DNA from: Flavobacteriaceae bacterium UBA1903
GTDB lineage: Bacteria; Bacteroidota; Bacteroidia; Flavobacteriales; Flavobacteriaceae
Reading direction: 5' to 3'
Assembly (NCBI GenBank): GCA_002337605.1
Contig: DDGL01000016.1
Location: 293,935 to 357,934, forward strand
DNA: 64,000 bases
Part shown: positions 26,096 to 36,304 of the stretch, one piece after another
How positions within the stretch are numbered: position 1 is the first letter of the stretch
Layout: every line of letters begins with the position of its first letter
Translations under genes and position numbers: made by a program
Notes under the pieces: generated by a model
The model's database searches: none
What the model saw: only the letters and a program-made list of their open reading frames with translations
Told to the model about the DNA's origin: nothing

Positions 26096-26878
26096 TTGAA
26101 CAGCACCGACACGATAACAAGTAAAACCAAACGCTTTTTTGAAGAAATAGGCGATATGACATATTTCGCCATACGTTTCTTTAGAGAGGTTTTTACGGCT
26201 CCCTTTGAATGGAGGGAATTTGTTAGGCAATGTTACCAGATGGGCAATCGCTCCTTTTTGTTAGTGGGTGTTACTGGCTTTATTTTGGGATTGGTATTTA
26301 CCCTGCAATCCAGACCCACATTAATGGAGTTTGGAGCCGAATCGTGGATGCCCTCTATGGTAAGTATCTCCATCGTGCGTGAAATTGGCCCGGTAATTAT
26401 AGCCCTTATTTGTGCGGGACGCATAGGATCTGGAATTGGTGCCGAACTGGGCAGTATGAAAGTGACCGAGCAGATTGATGCGATGGAAGTGTCTGGAACC
26501 AATCCGTTTAAATATTTAGTGGTTACCCGAATTTTAGCCACTACGTTAATGCTCCCATTGCTCATCATAATGGGGGATGCCGTGGCACTTTTAGGTTCTG
26601 CCATTGTTGAGAATTTAAAAGGCGAAGTTTCATATCTGCTGTACTTTAACAAGGTCTTTGATGCCTTGCAGTTTAGCGATGTTATTCCTGCAACCATAAA
26701 GTCGTTTTTCTTTGGTTTTGCAATTGGTTTGGTAGGATGTTACAAGGGGTATCATTGCTCAAAAGGTACGGTTGGTGTTGGTGAAGCTTCAAATGCGGCT
26801 GTGGTCTATACCTCGATGCTACTCTTCGTTATTGACTTTATCGCCGTATTTCTAACCGATATTTTCTTTGAAATATGA
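26096..26878 (+). CDS. mlaE: MlaE-family ABC permease
   Basis: 'VREIGPVIIALICAGRIGSGIGAELGSMKVTEQIDAMEV'; TTG start. Confidence 0.92.
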   Translation: MNSTDTITSKTKRFFEEIGDMTYFAIRFFREVFTAPFEWREFVRQCYQMGNRSFLLVGVTGFILGLVFTLQSRPTLMEFGAESWMPSMVSISIVREIGPVIIALICAGRIGSGIGAELGSMKVTEQIDAMEVSGTNPFKYLVVTRILATTLMLPLLIIMGDAVALLGSAIVENLKGEVSYLLYFNKVFDALQFSDVIPATIKSFFFGFAIGLVGCYKGYHCSKGTVGVGEASNAAVVYTSMLLFVIDFIAVFLTDIFFEI

Positions 26879-26960
26879 AATGCACAATCACATACTTAAA
26901 ATCATTAAAAAATAATAAACAGGGCATTCCATCTTCCTATTTATCTAATAATATCTGCAG

Positions 26961-27698
26961 ATGAAAAAGCCCGTATTAGAAATAAAGGATTTACGCAAAA
27001 GTTTTGGCGACAACCACGTGTTACACGGTTTTAGCCTAAAGCTGTATAAAGGCGAGAATCTAGTGATTATGGGAAAGTCAGGTTCGGGGAAATCGGTAAT
27101 GATTAAATGTTTGGTGGGCTTGATGGCAGCCGATAGTGGCTCTATAAAAATTAAGGACTTTGATATCATTTCTCTGGGCAGAAAAGAACTGGATGTATTG
27201 CGAACTGAAATTGGTTTTCTCTTTCAGGGAAGTGCGCTGTATGATTCTATGACAGTTCGGGAAAATTTGGAGTTTCCCTTGCGCAGAAACAAAAACAAAA
27301 TTGATGGTTCGCAAACAACCGAAGCATTGGTACTCGAAGCCTTGGAAAATGTAGGTTTGGTACACGCCATAGATTTAATGCCAGCAGAGCTTTCTGGTGG
27401 GATGCAACGTCGTGTAGCATTGGCAAGAGCGCTGATATTGAAGCCAAAGATTATACTCTATGACGAACCCACCACAGGTCTTGACCCCATAACCTCGAAG
27501 GAAATTATTCAATTAATGCGCCGGATACAAGCCACATATAAAACATCATCACTTATCATTACTCACGATGTGGACTGCGCACGAGTGATTAGCAACCGAA
27601 TGATTTTATTGGTAGATGGAATAAACTATGCCGAAGGCACCTTTGAGGAACTTTCACAATCGCAAGACCCACAAGTAAAAGCCTTTTTTAAAACCTAA
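26961..27698 (+). CDS. mlaF: MlaF-family ABC ATPase
   Basis: 'GKSGSGKS', 'LSGGMQRRVALAR', 'LYDEPTTGLDP'. Confidence 0.9.
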   Translation: MKKPVLEIKDLRKSFGDNHVLHGFSLKLYKGENLVIMGKSGSGKSVMIKCLVGLMAADSGSIKIKDFDIISLGRKELDVLRTEIGFLFQGSALYDSMTVRENLEFPLRRNKNKIDGSQTTEALVLEALENVGLVHAIDLMPAELSGGMQRRVALARALILKPKIILYDEPTTGLDPITSKEIIQLMRRIQATYKTSSLIITHDVDCARVISNRMILLVDGINYAEGTFEELSQSQDPQVKAFFKT

Positions 27699-27703
27699 AG
27701 ATT

Positions 27704-28690
27704 ATGAAAAAATCAGCTTCCCATAAAACCCGAGTCGGATTGTTTGTTGTCGTTGGCACCCTATTGTTGGTGGCAGCACTCTATTTTATAGGTAATAGGC
27801 AACATATCTTTAGTAAGAATATGCAGGTGTATGCTGTTTTTCAGAATGTGAATGGCCTGCAATTAGGTAATAACGTTCGCTACTCTGGCATCAATGTAGG
27901 TACTGTTGGCAAAATTGAAATGGTCGATGAAGCCACCATAGTTGTGCAAATGATGGTGGAAGAAAAAACAGGCGCATTTATCAAGAGAGATGCGATAGCG
28001 ACCATTGGGTCAGATGGGTTGGTGGGAAGTATGGTGGTTAATATCCTTCCAGGGAAAGAAAATTTTTCCCAAATTAAATCTGGCGATACCATTCCTACCT
28101 ACAGCAAAATAGGTGCTGATGATATGCTATCAACCCTTAATGTAACTAACGAAAATGCGGCCTTGCTCACTTCAGACTTACTGAAAATTACTAATAAAAT
28201 CTTAGAAGGCGAAGGAGCCTTGGGAGCCCTTATCACAGATGCTACCTTAACTAAAGACATACGTGCCACCTTGACCAATCTAAAAAACACCACTAACGGC
28301 ACCAACCTATTAATTGCTTCCATAAATCGTAAGGTTTCAAAAATAGATATGGAAAATAGTGCGGCTGGAGTAGTGCTGAATGATACCCTTGTAGGCAATC
28401 AGATACAACGAATGGTATCTAATCTTGAAAAATCCAGTACTTCTATTTCGGAGACAACGAAGCAATTGGTAACTATTATTGCTGAGATTAATACGGCTGA
28501 AAGTACTTTCAATTACCTCACTAAGGATGAAACATTGCCAAAAACGATTGATTCCACAATGATAGAAATCAAAGAGGCTTCCCAAAAGTTGAATGAAAAT
28601 ATGGAAGCACTGAAACATAACTTTTTATTCAGAGGCTATTTTAGAAAACAAGAACGTGAAGCCAAGAAAAAAGATACATCTTCAAAATAA
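27704..28690 (+). CDS. mlaD: MlaD/MCE family protein
   Basis: 'NVNGLQLGNNVRYSGINVGTV', 'IGSDGLVG', helical C-terminus. Confidence 0.9.
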   Translation: MKKSASHKTRVGLFVVVGTLLLVAALYFIGNRQHIFSKNMQVYAVFQNVNGLQLGNNVRYSGINVGTVGKIEMVDEATIVVQMMVEEKTGAFIKRDAIATIGSDGLVGSMVVNILPGKENFSQIKSGDTIPTYSKIGADDMLSTLNVTNENAALLTSDLLKITNKILEGEGALGALITDATLTKDIRATLTNLKNTTNGTNLLIASINRKVSKIDMENSAAGVVLNDTLVGNQIQRMVSNLEKSSTSISETTKQLVTIIAEINTAESTFNYLTKDETLPKTIDSTMIEIKEASQKLNENMEALKHNFLFRGYFRKQEREAKKKDTSSK

Positions 28691-28695
28691 CAACA

Positions 28696-29193
28696 ATGAA
28701 CATAGAACACCTTGAAGAACGTGTGATAGATTATAAGACCTCTATCGAAACAGTGGTTTCCAAAAAGACTAAATGGAACAAATTTGCTAAGCCCTTGTTA
28801 TTAAAAACGCTGAAGGCTATTGCGACAAAATATCCCATTGGTTGGAAAGTACAGGAGCTCAATTGGATTCATAACAGCGAAGCCATTAATATTAGTTTTG
28901 AAGCCTTTCCGGAGGAATTAATGGATTGTACCAATAGAATTCCTGCATTTCAATTTATTCCTGGAGGAGCTTTGGTGTTCTCACAAACCTACAGTGGAGA
29001 TGTTTATATTTTTGTTCTATTTCCAGAAATTGACGGAATGTCTGTGGAAAATAATATGATAGAATTTGGAATGGTAAGCCCTTCAGAAATCACAGAAAAG
29101 GTAATTATTGAGAAAGTAGATGATTTTTTAAAGGAAATGATTCAATGGGAAGTGCCCAATAAGAAAACAAGAGTTGGCTATAGTTCCTCTTGA
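28696..29193 (+). CDS. Hypothetical protein
   Basis: 165-aa ORF in the mla operon. Confidence 0.6.
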   Translation: MNIEHLEERVIDYKTSIETVVSKKTKWNKFAKPLLLKTLKAIATKYPIGWKVQELNWIHNSEAINISFEAFPEELMDCTNRIPAFQFIPGGALVFSQTYSGDVYIFVLFPEIDGMSVENNMIEFGMVSPSEITEKVIIEKVDDFLKEMIQWEVPNKKTRVGYSSS

Positions 29194-29945
29194 ATTTGAA
29201 AGGTTGCAAGACTCTGTTTGGCCGCTTCGTAGCCTATTTCAAAGATGGCATCGATAGCCTTAAGGTTGAACATCCCATATTTTTCGAGCCTTTTAGGTGC
29301 AATCAACAGATCCACATCTTTAAATTTAGGGAGGCATTGACTGCCAAAACTTATATGATAGGCGCGATATGCAACTTGGTATGAATGTTTTAATTGGTGA
29401 GGGTAAACATCTTCTAAAGGATTTACGTAAACGCCCACGATTGTATCGCAAATATCTTTTAAAGGTTCTACGGGAAAGTTGTTTAACACGCCACCATCTA
29501 CATAGGGAGTTTCGTTAATGATAACGGGAGTAAATAATCCAGGAAAAGCTGCAGAAGCGAGGACAGGTTTAATAAGTTCACCTTCCGTAAAAATTGTTTC
29601 GCTTCCTTCTATAAGATTGGTGGCTGGTACATACAGTTTTCTTTTCAATACCTTGAAATCATCTTCTTTAAAGAGCGGGGAAAAATCTTGATAGAATTTT
29701 ATGGTATCGATAAAGCCTGGTTTGTTACGCGCATATCGCTTATAGTGGAAAATAGGTACTTTCTTGAAGAATGTCAAGATTGTTTCACAAGAATGCCCTG
29801 CTGCATACAACGCTCCTACAATGGCTCCTGCGCTTGTACCAGATAAATGGGTAATCTCAATTTGTTTTTCTTCAAGTGCTTTTAAAACGCCAATGTGCGC
29901 CACACCTCTGGCACCACCACCTGATAGAACCAATCCTGTTTTCAT
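29178..29945 (-). CDS. Patatin-like phospholipase
   Basis: 'GGGARG', 'GTSAG', 'DGG'. Confidence 0.92.
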   Translation of the reverse strand: MKTGLVLSGGGARGVAHIGVLKALEEKQIEITHLSGTSAGAIVGALYAAGHSCETILTFFKKVPIFHYKRYARNKPGFIDTIKFYQDFSPLFKEDDFKVLKRKLYVPATNLIEGSETIFTEGELIKPVLASAAFPGLFTPVIINETPYVDGGVLNNFPVEPLKDICDTIVGVYVNPLEDVYPHQLKHSYQVAYRAYHISFGSQCLPKFKDVDLLIAPKRLEKYGMFNLKAIDAIFEIGYEAAKQSLATFQIQEEL

Positions 29946-29954
29946 ATTTTGCTT

Positions 29955-30161
29955 CTATTTTTTCTTGAAACCGTCCAACAGAGCATTCAAGTCATTTACA
30001 TATTTTTCAAGCAATGCTTCTGTGTGATTTTGTTCTGTGTCTGAAATCAAAGTTATTGGGTCTTCATCCAATAATTTATAGACTTCAGGATAATCCGTTT
30101 GGATTTTTAGCAACGCATCAGTCACTTTCTTAATCGTTGTTGCTTGAATTTTAGTGTTCAT
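29955..30161 (-). CDS. Small hypothetical protein (68 aa)
   Basis: 'IQTDYPEVYKLLDEDP'; directly downstream of a box promoter. Confidence 0.6.
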   Translation of the reverse strand: MNTKIQATTIKKVTDALLKIQTDYPEVYKLLDEDPITLISDTEQNHTEALLEKYVNDLNALLDGFKKK

Positions 30162-30181
30162 TGAGATTTTATTGTTTCTGG

Positions 30182-30224
30182 TAAAAATAGATAAGCGAGC
30201 GCATACATAAGATGATATCTATCA
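30182..30224 (-). promoter_or_regulatory. Crp/Fnr-type box + -7 element for the small protein/patatin operon
   Basis: TGATATCTATCA 30213-30224; TATTTTTA at 35-bp offset on the minus strand. Confidence 0.75.
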
Positions 30225-30247
30225 GTCAAATAACATTTTTCTCTATA

Positions 30248-30290
30248 TGATAAATATCATAGGGTTCAGGAAATTTCATGAGTATTTTAG
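30248..30290 (+). promoter_or_regulatory. Crp/Fnr-type box + -7 element
   Basis: TGATAAATATCA 30248-30259; TATTTTAG at 30283 (+35). Confidence 0.75.
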
Positions 30291-30309
30291 CTGTTTAAAA
30301 TGCTAACAG

Positions 30310-30819
30310 ATGAGATCGAAATTTATAAGTAGGGTGCTCTTTGTTTTAGGTATTGTTTTGGTATTACTGGCATTTGGCTATTGGTACAAGCTGACCTACT
30401 CTATGGAAGTTGCCGAAAATAGTGGGATTAATAGCCCACAGCTTGCAACCAAAATTTTGATAGCAACACAAGGTAGTGACTTTAAGGATGCCATTGTTAC
30501 TAACCTTATCAATTTCTATAAGAAAGATTCTGTACATCTTAAGACGATAGATGTCACGCAATTACGACAAGTTAAACCCAACGAGTATAATGCAATTATC
30601 CTTTTGCATACCTGGGAGTATGGAAAGCCACCTCGAATTGTGAGTCAATTCATCAATGAAAATAGCGCATTAAAAAACAAAATGATTGTTTACGCTACAT
30701 CTGGCGCTGGGAATAATAAAATAGAAGGTATTGATGCAATGGCTGGCGAGTCAATACTTGAAAATGCCAGTGATGTTTCTGATGAGGTTATTGAGAAGAT
30801 TGAGAGCATACTAAAATAG
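30310..30819 (+). CDS. Membrane-anchored hypothetical protein, possible flavodoxin-like fold
   Basis: N-terminal TM; 'KILIATQGSDFK', 'IVYATSGAG'. Confidence 0.55.
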   Translation: MRSKFISRVLFVLGIVLVLLAFGYWYKLTYSMEVAENSGINSPQLATKILIATQGSDFKDAIVTNLINFYKKDSVHLKTIDVTQLRQVKPNEYNAIILLHTWEYGKPPRIVSQFINENSALKNKMIVYATSGAGNNKIEGIDAMAGESILENASDVSDEVIEKIESILK

Positions 30820-30879
30820 TGGCTTCGTTTTTTCAGAACGGAAAACCAGAGAATTCTTTAAGGTTACATTTTTAAAGAC

Positions 30880-30922
30880 TGATAAATATCATAGTATTCC
30901 TAATACCATCCTACTACTTTTG
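30880..30922 (+). promoter_or_regulatory. Crp/Fnr-type box + -7 element for hpf-USP
   Basis: TGATAAATATCA 30880-30891; perfect TAnnTTTG (TACTTTTG) at 30915 (+35). Confidence 0.85.
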
Positions 30923-30941
30923 AAATAATAAATGAAAAACT

Positions 30942-31253
30942 ATGACAATTAATATTCAATTTGTAAAGATGAAGACCAGCGAGAGCTTGGTTGCGTATGT
31001 GACCAAGAAACTTCAAAAATTAAATAAAAAATATAGCTGGGTTATTCGGGCAGATGTATTTTTCAAAATTGAAAATGATCCTACTGAAAAAGGACATATC
31101 TGTGAAATGGAACTCAGTTTACCCGGTCCTAAAATATTTGCTGTTTCTAATGAGAAAAATTATGAAATGGCCGTAAAGGAAACCATTAGCGACCTCGATA
31201 AGCAACTAAAAAAACGAAAAGCAAAATTCACGAAACAAAATATCTCATCATAA
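30942..31253 (+). CDS. hpf: Ribosome hibernation promoting factor (HPF/RaiA family)
   Basis: 'INIQFVKM..SESL..YV.KKL.KL', 'IFAVS...NYEMAV.ETI..L.KQL.KRK'. Confidence 0.85.
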   Translation: MTINIQFVKMKTSESLVAYVTKKLQKLNKKYSWVIRADVFFKIENDPTEKGHICEMELSLPGPKIFAVSNEKNYEMAVKETISDLDKQLKKRKAKFTKQNISS

Positions 31254-32087
31254 ATGAAAAAAATACTCATACCCGTAGACTTTTCAGAACACTCTGAATA
31301 TGCCCTTGAAGTAGGAGCAACATTAGCAAAAAAACACGATGCTACTTTAATTGTCCTTCATATGATGGGGCTTTCAGAAGCTGTATTGACCAAAAATGAA
31401 TCCCAAGAAATGTTTGAAGCCATTTATTATATGAAGTTGGCCGAAAAGCGCTTCAGTGATTTTTTGAATAAAGACTATCTTAAAGGGATTACCATAGAAA
31501 CCACCGTTCAAAATTATAAAGAGTTTCACGAAATAAACAGGGTCGCTGAAGATTTCGAAGCCGACTTGATTTTGATGGGCTCTCACGGCGCCAGCGGTCT
31601 CAAGGAAGTATTCGTTGGAAGCAATACCGAAAAGGTAGTGCGAACTTCAGACATTCCAGTGTTGGTAATTAAAAATCGTACCGAAGAATTTAAAATGCAA
31701 AAGGTAGTATTTGCCTGCGACTTTAATATGGATTTCACAGGGGCATTCAAAAAAGCCTGGGATTTTTTTGAGAAGATTGATGCAGAGTTTCAAGTGGTCT
31801 TTATTAATACTCCAGAGAAATTTTTGAGCAATCAAGAAATGCAGGAACGTGCTTTTAAATTTATGTTACATAGTGGCGTGGACAATACCGATGTGTATGA
31901 TAACACTGCATATTACTGCGACTATAGATTAGAACACGGTATTTTCAGTTTTAGTGACGAGGTGGATGCAGATATGGTGGTAATCCCAACCCACGGAAGA
32001 AGAGGGCTGGCCCATTTCTTTTCTGAAAATGTTGGCGAGGCTATCGTGAATCATAGTGAGTTGCCCATAATGACCTTTAAGGTCTAA
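31254..32087 (+). CDS. Universal stress protein (tandem USP)
   Basis: 'ILIPVDFS', 'MGSHGASG', 'GSNTEKVVR', 'PTHGRRG'. Confidence 0.92.
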   Translation: MKKILIPVDFSEHSEYALEVGATLAKKHDATLIVLHMMGLSEAVLTKNESQEMFEAIYYMKLAEKRFSDFLNKDYLKGITIETTVQNYKEFHEINRVAEDFEADLILMGSHGASGLKEVFVGSNTEKVVRTSDIPVLVIKNRTEEFKMQKVVFACDFNMDFTGAFKKAWDFFEKIDAEFQVVFINTPEKFLSNQEMQERAFKFMLHSGVDNTDVYDNTAYYCDYRLEHGIFSFSDEVDADMVVIPTHGRRGLAHFFSENVGEAIVNHSELPIMTFKV

Positions 32088-32107
32088 GGACGATGCATTA
32101 TGATTGA

Positions 32108-32136
32108 AAAGGGAATCCTGTAAAAGGATTCCCTTT
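32108..32136. terminator. Bidirectional intrinsic terminator
   Basis: AAAGGGAATCCT-GTAAA-AGGATTCCCTTT between convergent genes. Confidence 0.8.
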
Positions 32137-32142
32137 CTTTAC

Positions 32143-32598
32143 TTAAAACATACGCATCCTTCCGGTAATATCTTCAATACTGATGGTGAATACAATAGGG
32201 ATATCGTCCTTATAAATCTTGCTGGAAAACTGACTTATAAAGTCTAGGTCCAGTAGCTTTTTCCTTAGAATAAGGTCTTTTACACCCAATGAGAATTGAT
32301 GTAATAAGGCTTTAGCGGTGGAACCTTCCACTTCACTATAAGTGCCTTGAACCAAAACCGATTTCCAGTCATTGACCGAGTCAATATCGGTTACCGATAG
32401 TGATACTGCGTTATTTTTTCGCATTGCCTTAATCTTGTGTCCCATTGCCGAATAACCTATGATGTTATTTTTTTCTTCGTTGTAAAAATAAGTAATAGGT
32501 ACTACAAAAGACTTGCCTTGAAATAGATAGCCCAAACTCCCTATGTAGTTTGTACTAAGCAATAGGATTTTTTCTTTATCGTCTAAGGTCTTGATCAT
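32143..32598 (-). CDS. Pyridoxamine 5'-phosphate oxidase-like (split-barrel flavin-binding) protein
   Basis: 'IGSLGY', 'VVPITYFY', 'GHKIKAMRKN..VSL', 'WKSVLV.GTY.E'. Confidence 0.85.
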   Translation of the reverse strand: MIKTLDDKEKILLLSTNYIGSLGYLFQGKSFVVPITYFYNEEKNNIIGYSAMGHKIKAMRKNNAVSLSVTDIDSVNDWKSVLVQGTYSEVEGSTAKALLHQFSLGVKDLILRKKLLDLDFISQFSSKIYKDDIPIVFTISIEDITGRMRMF

Positions 32599-32621
32599 AA
32601 CACTGTGTATTAATTAATTAG

Positions 32622-32664
32622 TAAAGATAGGGTGTTTCACTTGCTAAAATAATGATATTAATCA
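32622..32664 (-). promoter_or_regulatory. Crp/Fnr-type box + -7 element
   Basis: TGATATTAATCA 32653-32664; TATCTTTA at 35-bp offset on the minus strand. Confidence 0.75.
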
Positions 32665-32679
32665 GTGCCTAATGAGAAC

Positions 32680-33381
32680 TTAATGCAAGGTGTTTAAGGC
32701 AATCTCAACCATTGTTGAAAAGCTGGTCTCACGTTCCTCTGCGGGAAGTGCCTCTTTTGTTACCAATGAATCTGAAACGGTCAATATGGCCAGTGATTGG
32801 ACATTGTATTTTGCTGCGATGGTATAGAGTCCAGCGGCTTCCATTTCGACACAAAGCACTCCAAACTCGGCCCACTGCTTATAGTTGTCAAAATCATCCT
32901 CATAAAATTCGTCACTTGACAATACATTGCCAGCTTTAATCAAGATGTTATGTTCTTTTGCATATAAGGCTGCTTTCATAAAAAGTTCAAAGTTTGCGGT
33001 AGGAGAATAATCGGCATTGATAAATCGAGAGTTATTAATACCAGAAGTAGAAGAAGCGGCCATTGCTATGACAATATCCCGTAGGTTAATATCTTGTTGG
33101 TATGAACCCGCACTTCCTACACGGATCAATTTCTTGACACCGTAATCATTAATAAGTTCGTGGCAATAAATGAGTGCTGAAGGAATTCCCATCCCTGTTC
33201 CTTGAACTGAAACGGCTTTGCCTTTATAGGTACCTGTATAACCCAACATTCCCCTAACATCATTATACAACTTTGGTTGGTCTAAGAATGTTTCTGCAAT
33301 CCATTTGGCACGCATAGGGTCGCCTGGTAGTAATACACTGTCTGCTATTTCGCCTTTTTTTGCTTCTATATGCGTGCTCAT
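32680..33381 (-). CDS. deoD: Purine-nucleoside phosphorylase
   Basis: 'LPGDPMRAKWIAE', 'GMGIPS', 'RVGSAG', 'VEMEAAGLY'. Confidence 0.95.
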   Translation of the reverse strand: MSTHIEAKKGEIADSVLLPGDPMRAKWIAETFLDQPKLYNDVRGMLGYTGTYKGKAVSVQGTGMGIPSALIYCHELINDYGVKKLIRVGSAGSYQQDINLRDIVIAMAASSTSGINNSRFINADYSPTANFELFMKAALYAKEHNILIKAGNVLSSDEFYEDDFDNYKQWAEFGVLCVEMEAAGLYTIAAKYNVQSLAILTVSDSLVTKEALPAEERETSFSTMVEIALNTLH

Positions 33382-34040
33382 TCTTCGTGATTTTTTGGGT
33401 CATACACTATTGCCACACCGTTGGATGTTCCTATTCTATTCGCTCCCGCGTTTATCATTTCAATGGCTTTTTCAGCAGTTTTAATACCTCCCGAGGCTTT
33501 TATCTGCAGTTGGTCGCCTAATTTTTTCTTTATGAAAATGATGTCTTTTACAGTAGCACCTCGCGTTCCAAATCCTGTTGAAGTCTTTACAAAATCTGCC
33601 CCAGCAAGTCGTATTAATTCACAAACCGATTTAATTTCAGCTTGGGTGAGATAGCAGGTTTCAATGATTGCTTTTAGCTTTCTGCGACCAATAGCTTTTT
33701 TAACGGCTCGTATTTCTTCACTCACAGACTTTGTAATTTCAGATTTTAAATACCCGAGATTTATGACCATGTCAATTTCGTCCGCTCCGTCATTGATTGC
33801 TTTACCGGCTTCTTCAATCTTTGAAATAGTAGAGGATGTACCTAAAGGAAAACCAACGGTAACAATAACTTTTGTAGGGTAGTTTTTTAACTCATTTGCA
33901 GCTAAATAGGCATAACAACTATTTACACATACACCATAAAAATCATATTTTTTTGCTTCATCGCATAAAGCAACAATATCATCAGTTGTTGCAGTAGCTT
34001 TAAGTAAGGTATGTTCTATGTAGGTTTGGAGGTTTGTCAT
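33378..34040 (-). CDS. deoC: Deoxyribose-phosphate aldolase
   Basis: 'HTLLK', 'VGFPLG', 'DEIDMV', 'DFVKTSTGF', 'IKASGGI'; start taken at MTNLQ. Confidence 0.95.
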   Translation of the reverse strand: MTNLQTYIEHTLLKATATTDDIVALCDEAKKYDFYGVCVNSCYAYLAANELKNYPTKVIVTVGFPLGTSSTISKIEEAGKAINDGADEIDMVINLGYLKSEITKSVSEEIRAVKKAIGRRKLKAIIETCYLTQAEIKSVCELIRLAGADFVKTSTGFGTRGATVKDIIFIKKKLGDQLQIKASGGIKTAEKAIEMINAGANRIGTSNGVAIVYDPKNHEE

Positions 34041-34041
34041 T

Positions 34042-34338
34042 TTACTTAGAAAGAATGGTTTTAATAAGGTCTTGTTTTTGCAAAACACCGCTCTGTCGCC
34101 ATACTTGTTTCCCGTTTTTGAAGAGTATCAAGGTAGGAACACCTCTCACTTGGTACTGGGTGGCTAAAGGTTGATTTTTATCCACATCTATTTTAACGAT
34201 TTTTACTGCATCACCCATTTCGGCTTTAATATCTTTTAGAATAGGAGCAATTGCTTTACAGGGGCCACACCATTCAGCAAAAAAATCTACCAAAACGGGT
34301 GTCTCAGAATTTATAATCGAATTAAAGTTACTTTTCAT
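34042..34338 (-). CDS. trxA: Thioredoxin
   Basis: 'WCGPC'. Confidence 0.95.
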   Translation of the reverse strand: MKSNFNSIINSETPVLVDFFAEWCGPCKAIAPILKDIKAEMGDAVKIVKIDVDKNQPLATQYQVRGVPTLILFKNGKQVWRQSGVLQKQDLIKTILSK

Positions 34339-34972
34339 TGGTATGTAAATGTTCTTTTAGTTTTTTAAATATTTTTCTTCTTGAAGCTCTTGAAGGTTGT
34401 TTCTTCAAAATATAGGATGAGAATGCATAGAATAACCATCCAAAAGCTACCAGAAACAGAATTCTTTGGTAAATACCTCGATATTCGGGATATTGAAACA
34501 TAAGTAATGGCAATACCATTGCGATTAAGAAGACCGCAAATGTTTGCCATTTGTGGTTTCTTTTTTCAACAATAAAGATAAGAGTGAAACAAAATAAACA
34601 AAAGGCAAAACCGGTTAGCATAGAAAAAAGGGAATGCAATGCATCATTTGTATAATTGAAGATATAGGTATGTGCATCGAGGCCTGCAAGCTGATAAACT
34701 CCAGTAAAGAAAAGGCTTATACTGAAAAAGTAAAGTGCTGCCAATTGTTTCCAATATGGTCGTAACTGCTGAGTTCCCAAAAGCACAACAGCAAAACTCA
34801 ATAGTATGATGGTCAAATTAGCAAACCAGTTCCCAGGTGTTTTCTGCGCCCCAAGCTCACTAATGGTATTCTCTGTTATTGCGTACCCTTCAAAAAAAAA
34901 TAAAGGAAGTACAAACATAGTTGCCATTAACAAAGCATAGGCAAAAAGATAGATTTTAGCATATAGTCTCAT
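34328..34972 (-). CDS. DUF998-like membrane protein
   Basis: 'ISELGA', 'LHSLFS', 'GIYQRI', multiple TMs. Confidence 0.65.
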   Translation of the reverse strand: MRLYAKIYLFAYALLMATMFVLPLFFFEGYAITENTISELGAQKTPGNWFANLTIILLSFAVVLLGTQQLRPYWKQLAALYFFSISLFFTGVYQLAGLDAHTYIFNYTNDALHSLFSMLTGFAFCLFCFTLIFIVEKRNHKWQTFAVFLIAMVLPLLMFQYPEYRGIYQRILFLVAFGWLFYAFSSYILKKQPSRASRRKIFKKLKEHLHTNEK

Positions 34973-34973
34973 T

Positions 34974-35876
34974 TTATAACAATAATGGATTTAGCTTATA
35001 TTTTCGCAATACGGGCAGCAGTCTTTCCAAAGGAATCTCTACAGAGAACGTCCCAGTATAGGATGGACAAATAACACAATCGTCAAAATAGTATTCTACT
35101 TTATAATCATCTACCACAAAGTTATCCTTGTATTCGAAAAAGTCATCAAAGGTTATTTCCCAGCAATCGTAATAAATATCGCCAGAATTTATTTGTTCGC
35201 GTAAGACTTCGTTCAATATTTGTGTCATTTTTTCTTCCGTACCTTCATTAAAAAAATCTTCGTAATTCATGAAAACAGAACGCTCTAAATCAAAATTGAG
35301 ACAATCAAAAGAATACGTGGGGTGCAAGGTGCCAGAGTAATAATTTTCTTTATAGAAGAGCACACTTATTAAGTTTTCATTTAAGTTGTAAATTTTATAG
35401 TCTACCAGTCGCTTTTCCTTGAATCTATTAATGCGTAACGTATCACAAATCATTTCTTTATCTTCCAGGATGCTTGCTTCCACACCAGCAATATCCATAT
35501 AAGTTTCTTCCAGATATTCATTAAAATTTTGGTGCGATTCCTTTAATGCCGTATTTAAATATGGATAGTTAAAATCGATTAAATACAGATCCTCATCGCA
35601 TTTGAAAGTTTTCTGGATAACAAGTTCTTGCAACAGTTTAGCATCATCTTCTTTATCTATAAGTGACTGCCGCTTAATGACAACCTGTTTTGTTTTATTG
35701 ATTTCAATGTCAGTCGCTTGAGGTATAGAATCAAAAGGCAAAATATCTTCAAAATTTTCAGTCTGTTGTATGGTTTCTGCATCATCTTGGTCTGTATTTA
35801 CCTGCTTTGGATCTTCTTTGCAAGACAGAAGTAGAAATGAGACAACTAATAGTATAATTTGTGTTCTTTTTTTCAT
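34974..35876 (-). CDS. Hypothetical lipoprotein, possible DUF3298/RsiV-like domain
   Basis: Lipobox 'LLSC'; 'ISVLF...YYSGTLHP....LNFDL'. Confidence 0.55.
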   Translation of the reverse strand: MKKRTQIILLVVSFLLLSCKEDPKQVNTDQDDAETIQQTENFEDILPFDSIPQATDIEINKTKQVVIKRQSLIDKEDDAKLLQELVIQKTFKCDEDLYLIDFNYPYLNTALKESHQNFNEYLEETYMDIAGVEASILEDKEMICDTLRINRFKEKRLVDYKIYNLNENLISVLFYKENYYSGTLHPTYSFDCLNFDLERSVFMNYEDFFNEGTEEKMTQILNEVLREQINSGDIYYDCWEITFDDFFEYKDNFVVDDYKVEYYFDDCVICPSYTGTFSVEIPLERLLPVLRKYKLNPLLL

Positions 35877-35880
35877 GGTA

Positions 35881-36291
35881 TTATTCTTTAAATAAAAGTT
35901 CTAATCTAGTAAGCATTATTAATTCACTTTTATTACTGCCCCTAAAGGCATTTGCGATTTTTCGAGCTGTACGTATAATGAGCTCTTTTCTATTTCCGTA
36001 GAAACTATTTTTTTTGTCATTATAATAATCCTCAAAATCATTGTAGCAGTCCTGAGCATCCATTTGCTCATAATCAAACCACTCAAACACAATAGCCATC
36101 TGGTATGCGGCATCGGTACCAAATCTATCTTCGTAGTCATCCATACTTTTCCATTCGTCTTCCACCATTTTAGCCAATGCATCGTATTCTGACTTCCGTA
36201 CCACTCTGTCTGAGGCTGCCACAGCGTAAAAGAGTTCACCAATTTTTTGATAGAACAGTAACTCAGGTTTGCTTACTTTTTCCATTTTCAA
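35881..36291 (-). CDS. Hypothetical protein, TerB-like
   Basis: 'LFYAVAASDRVVRKSE', 'IANAFRG.NKSE'. Confidence 0.5.
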   Translation of the reverse strand: MKMEKVSKPELLFYQKIGELFYAVAASDRVVRKSEYDALAKMVEDEWKSMDDYEDRFGTDAAYQMAIVFEWFDYEQMDAQDCYNDFEDYYNDKKNSFYGNRKELIIRTARKIANAFRGSNKSELIMLTRLELLFKE

Positions 36292-36304
36292 TCATTTTAT
36301 GAGG

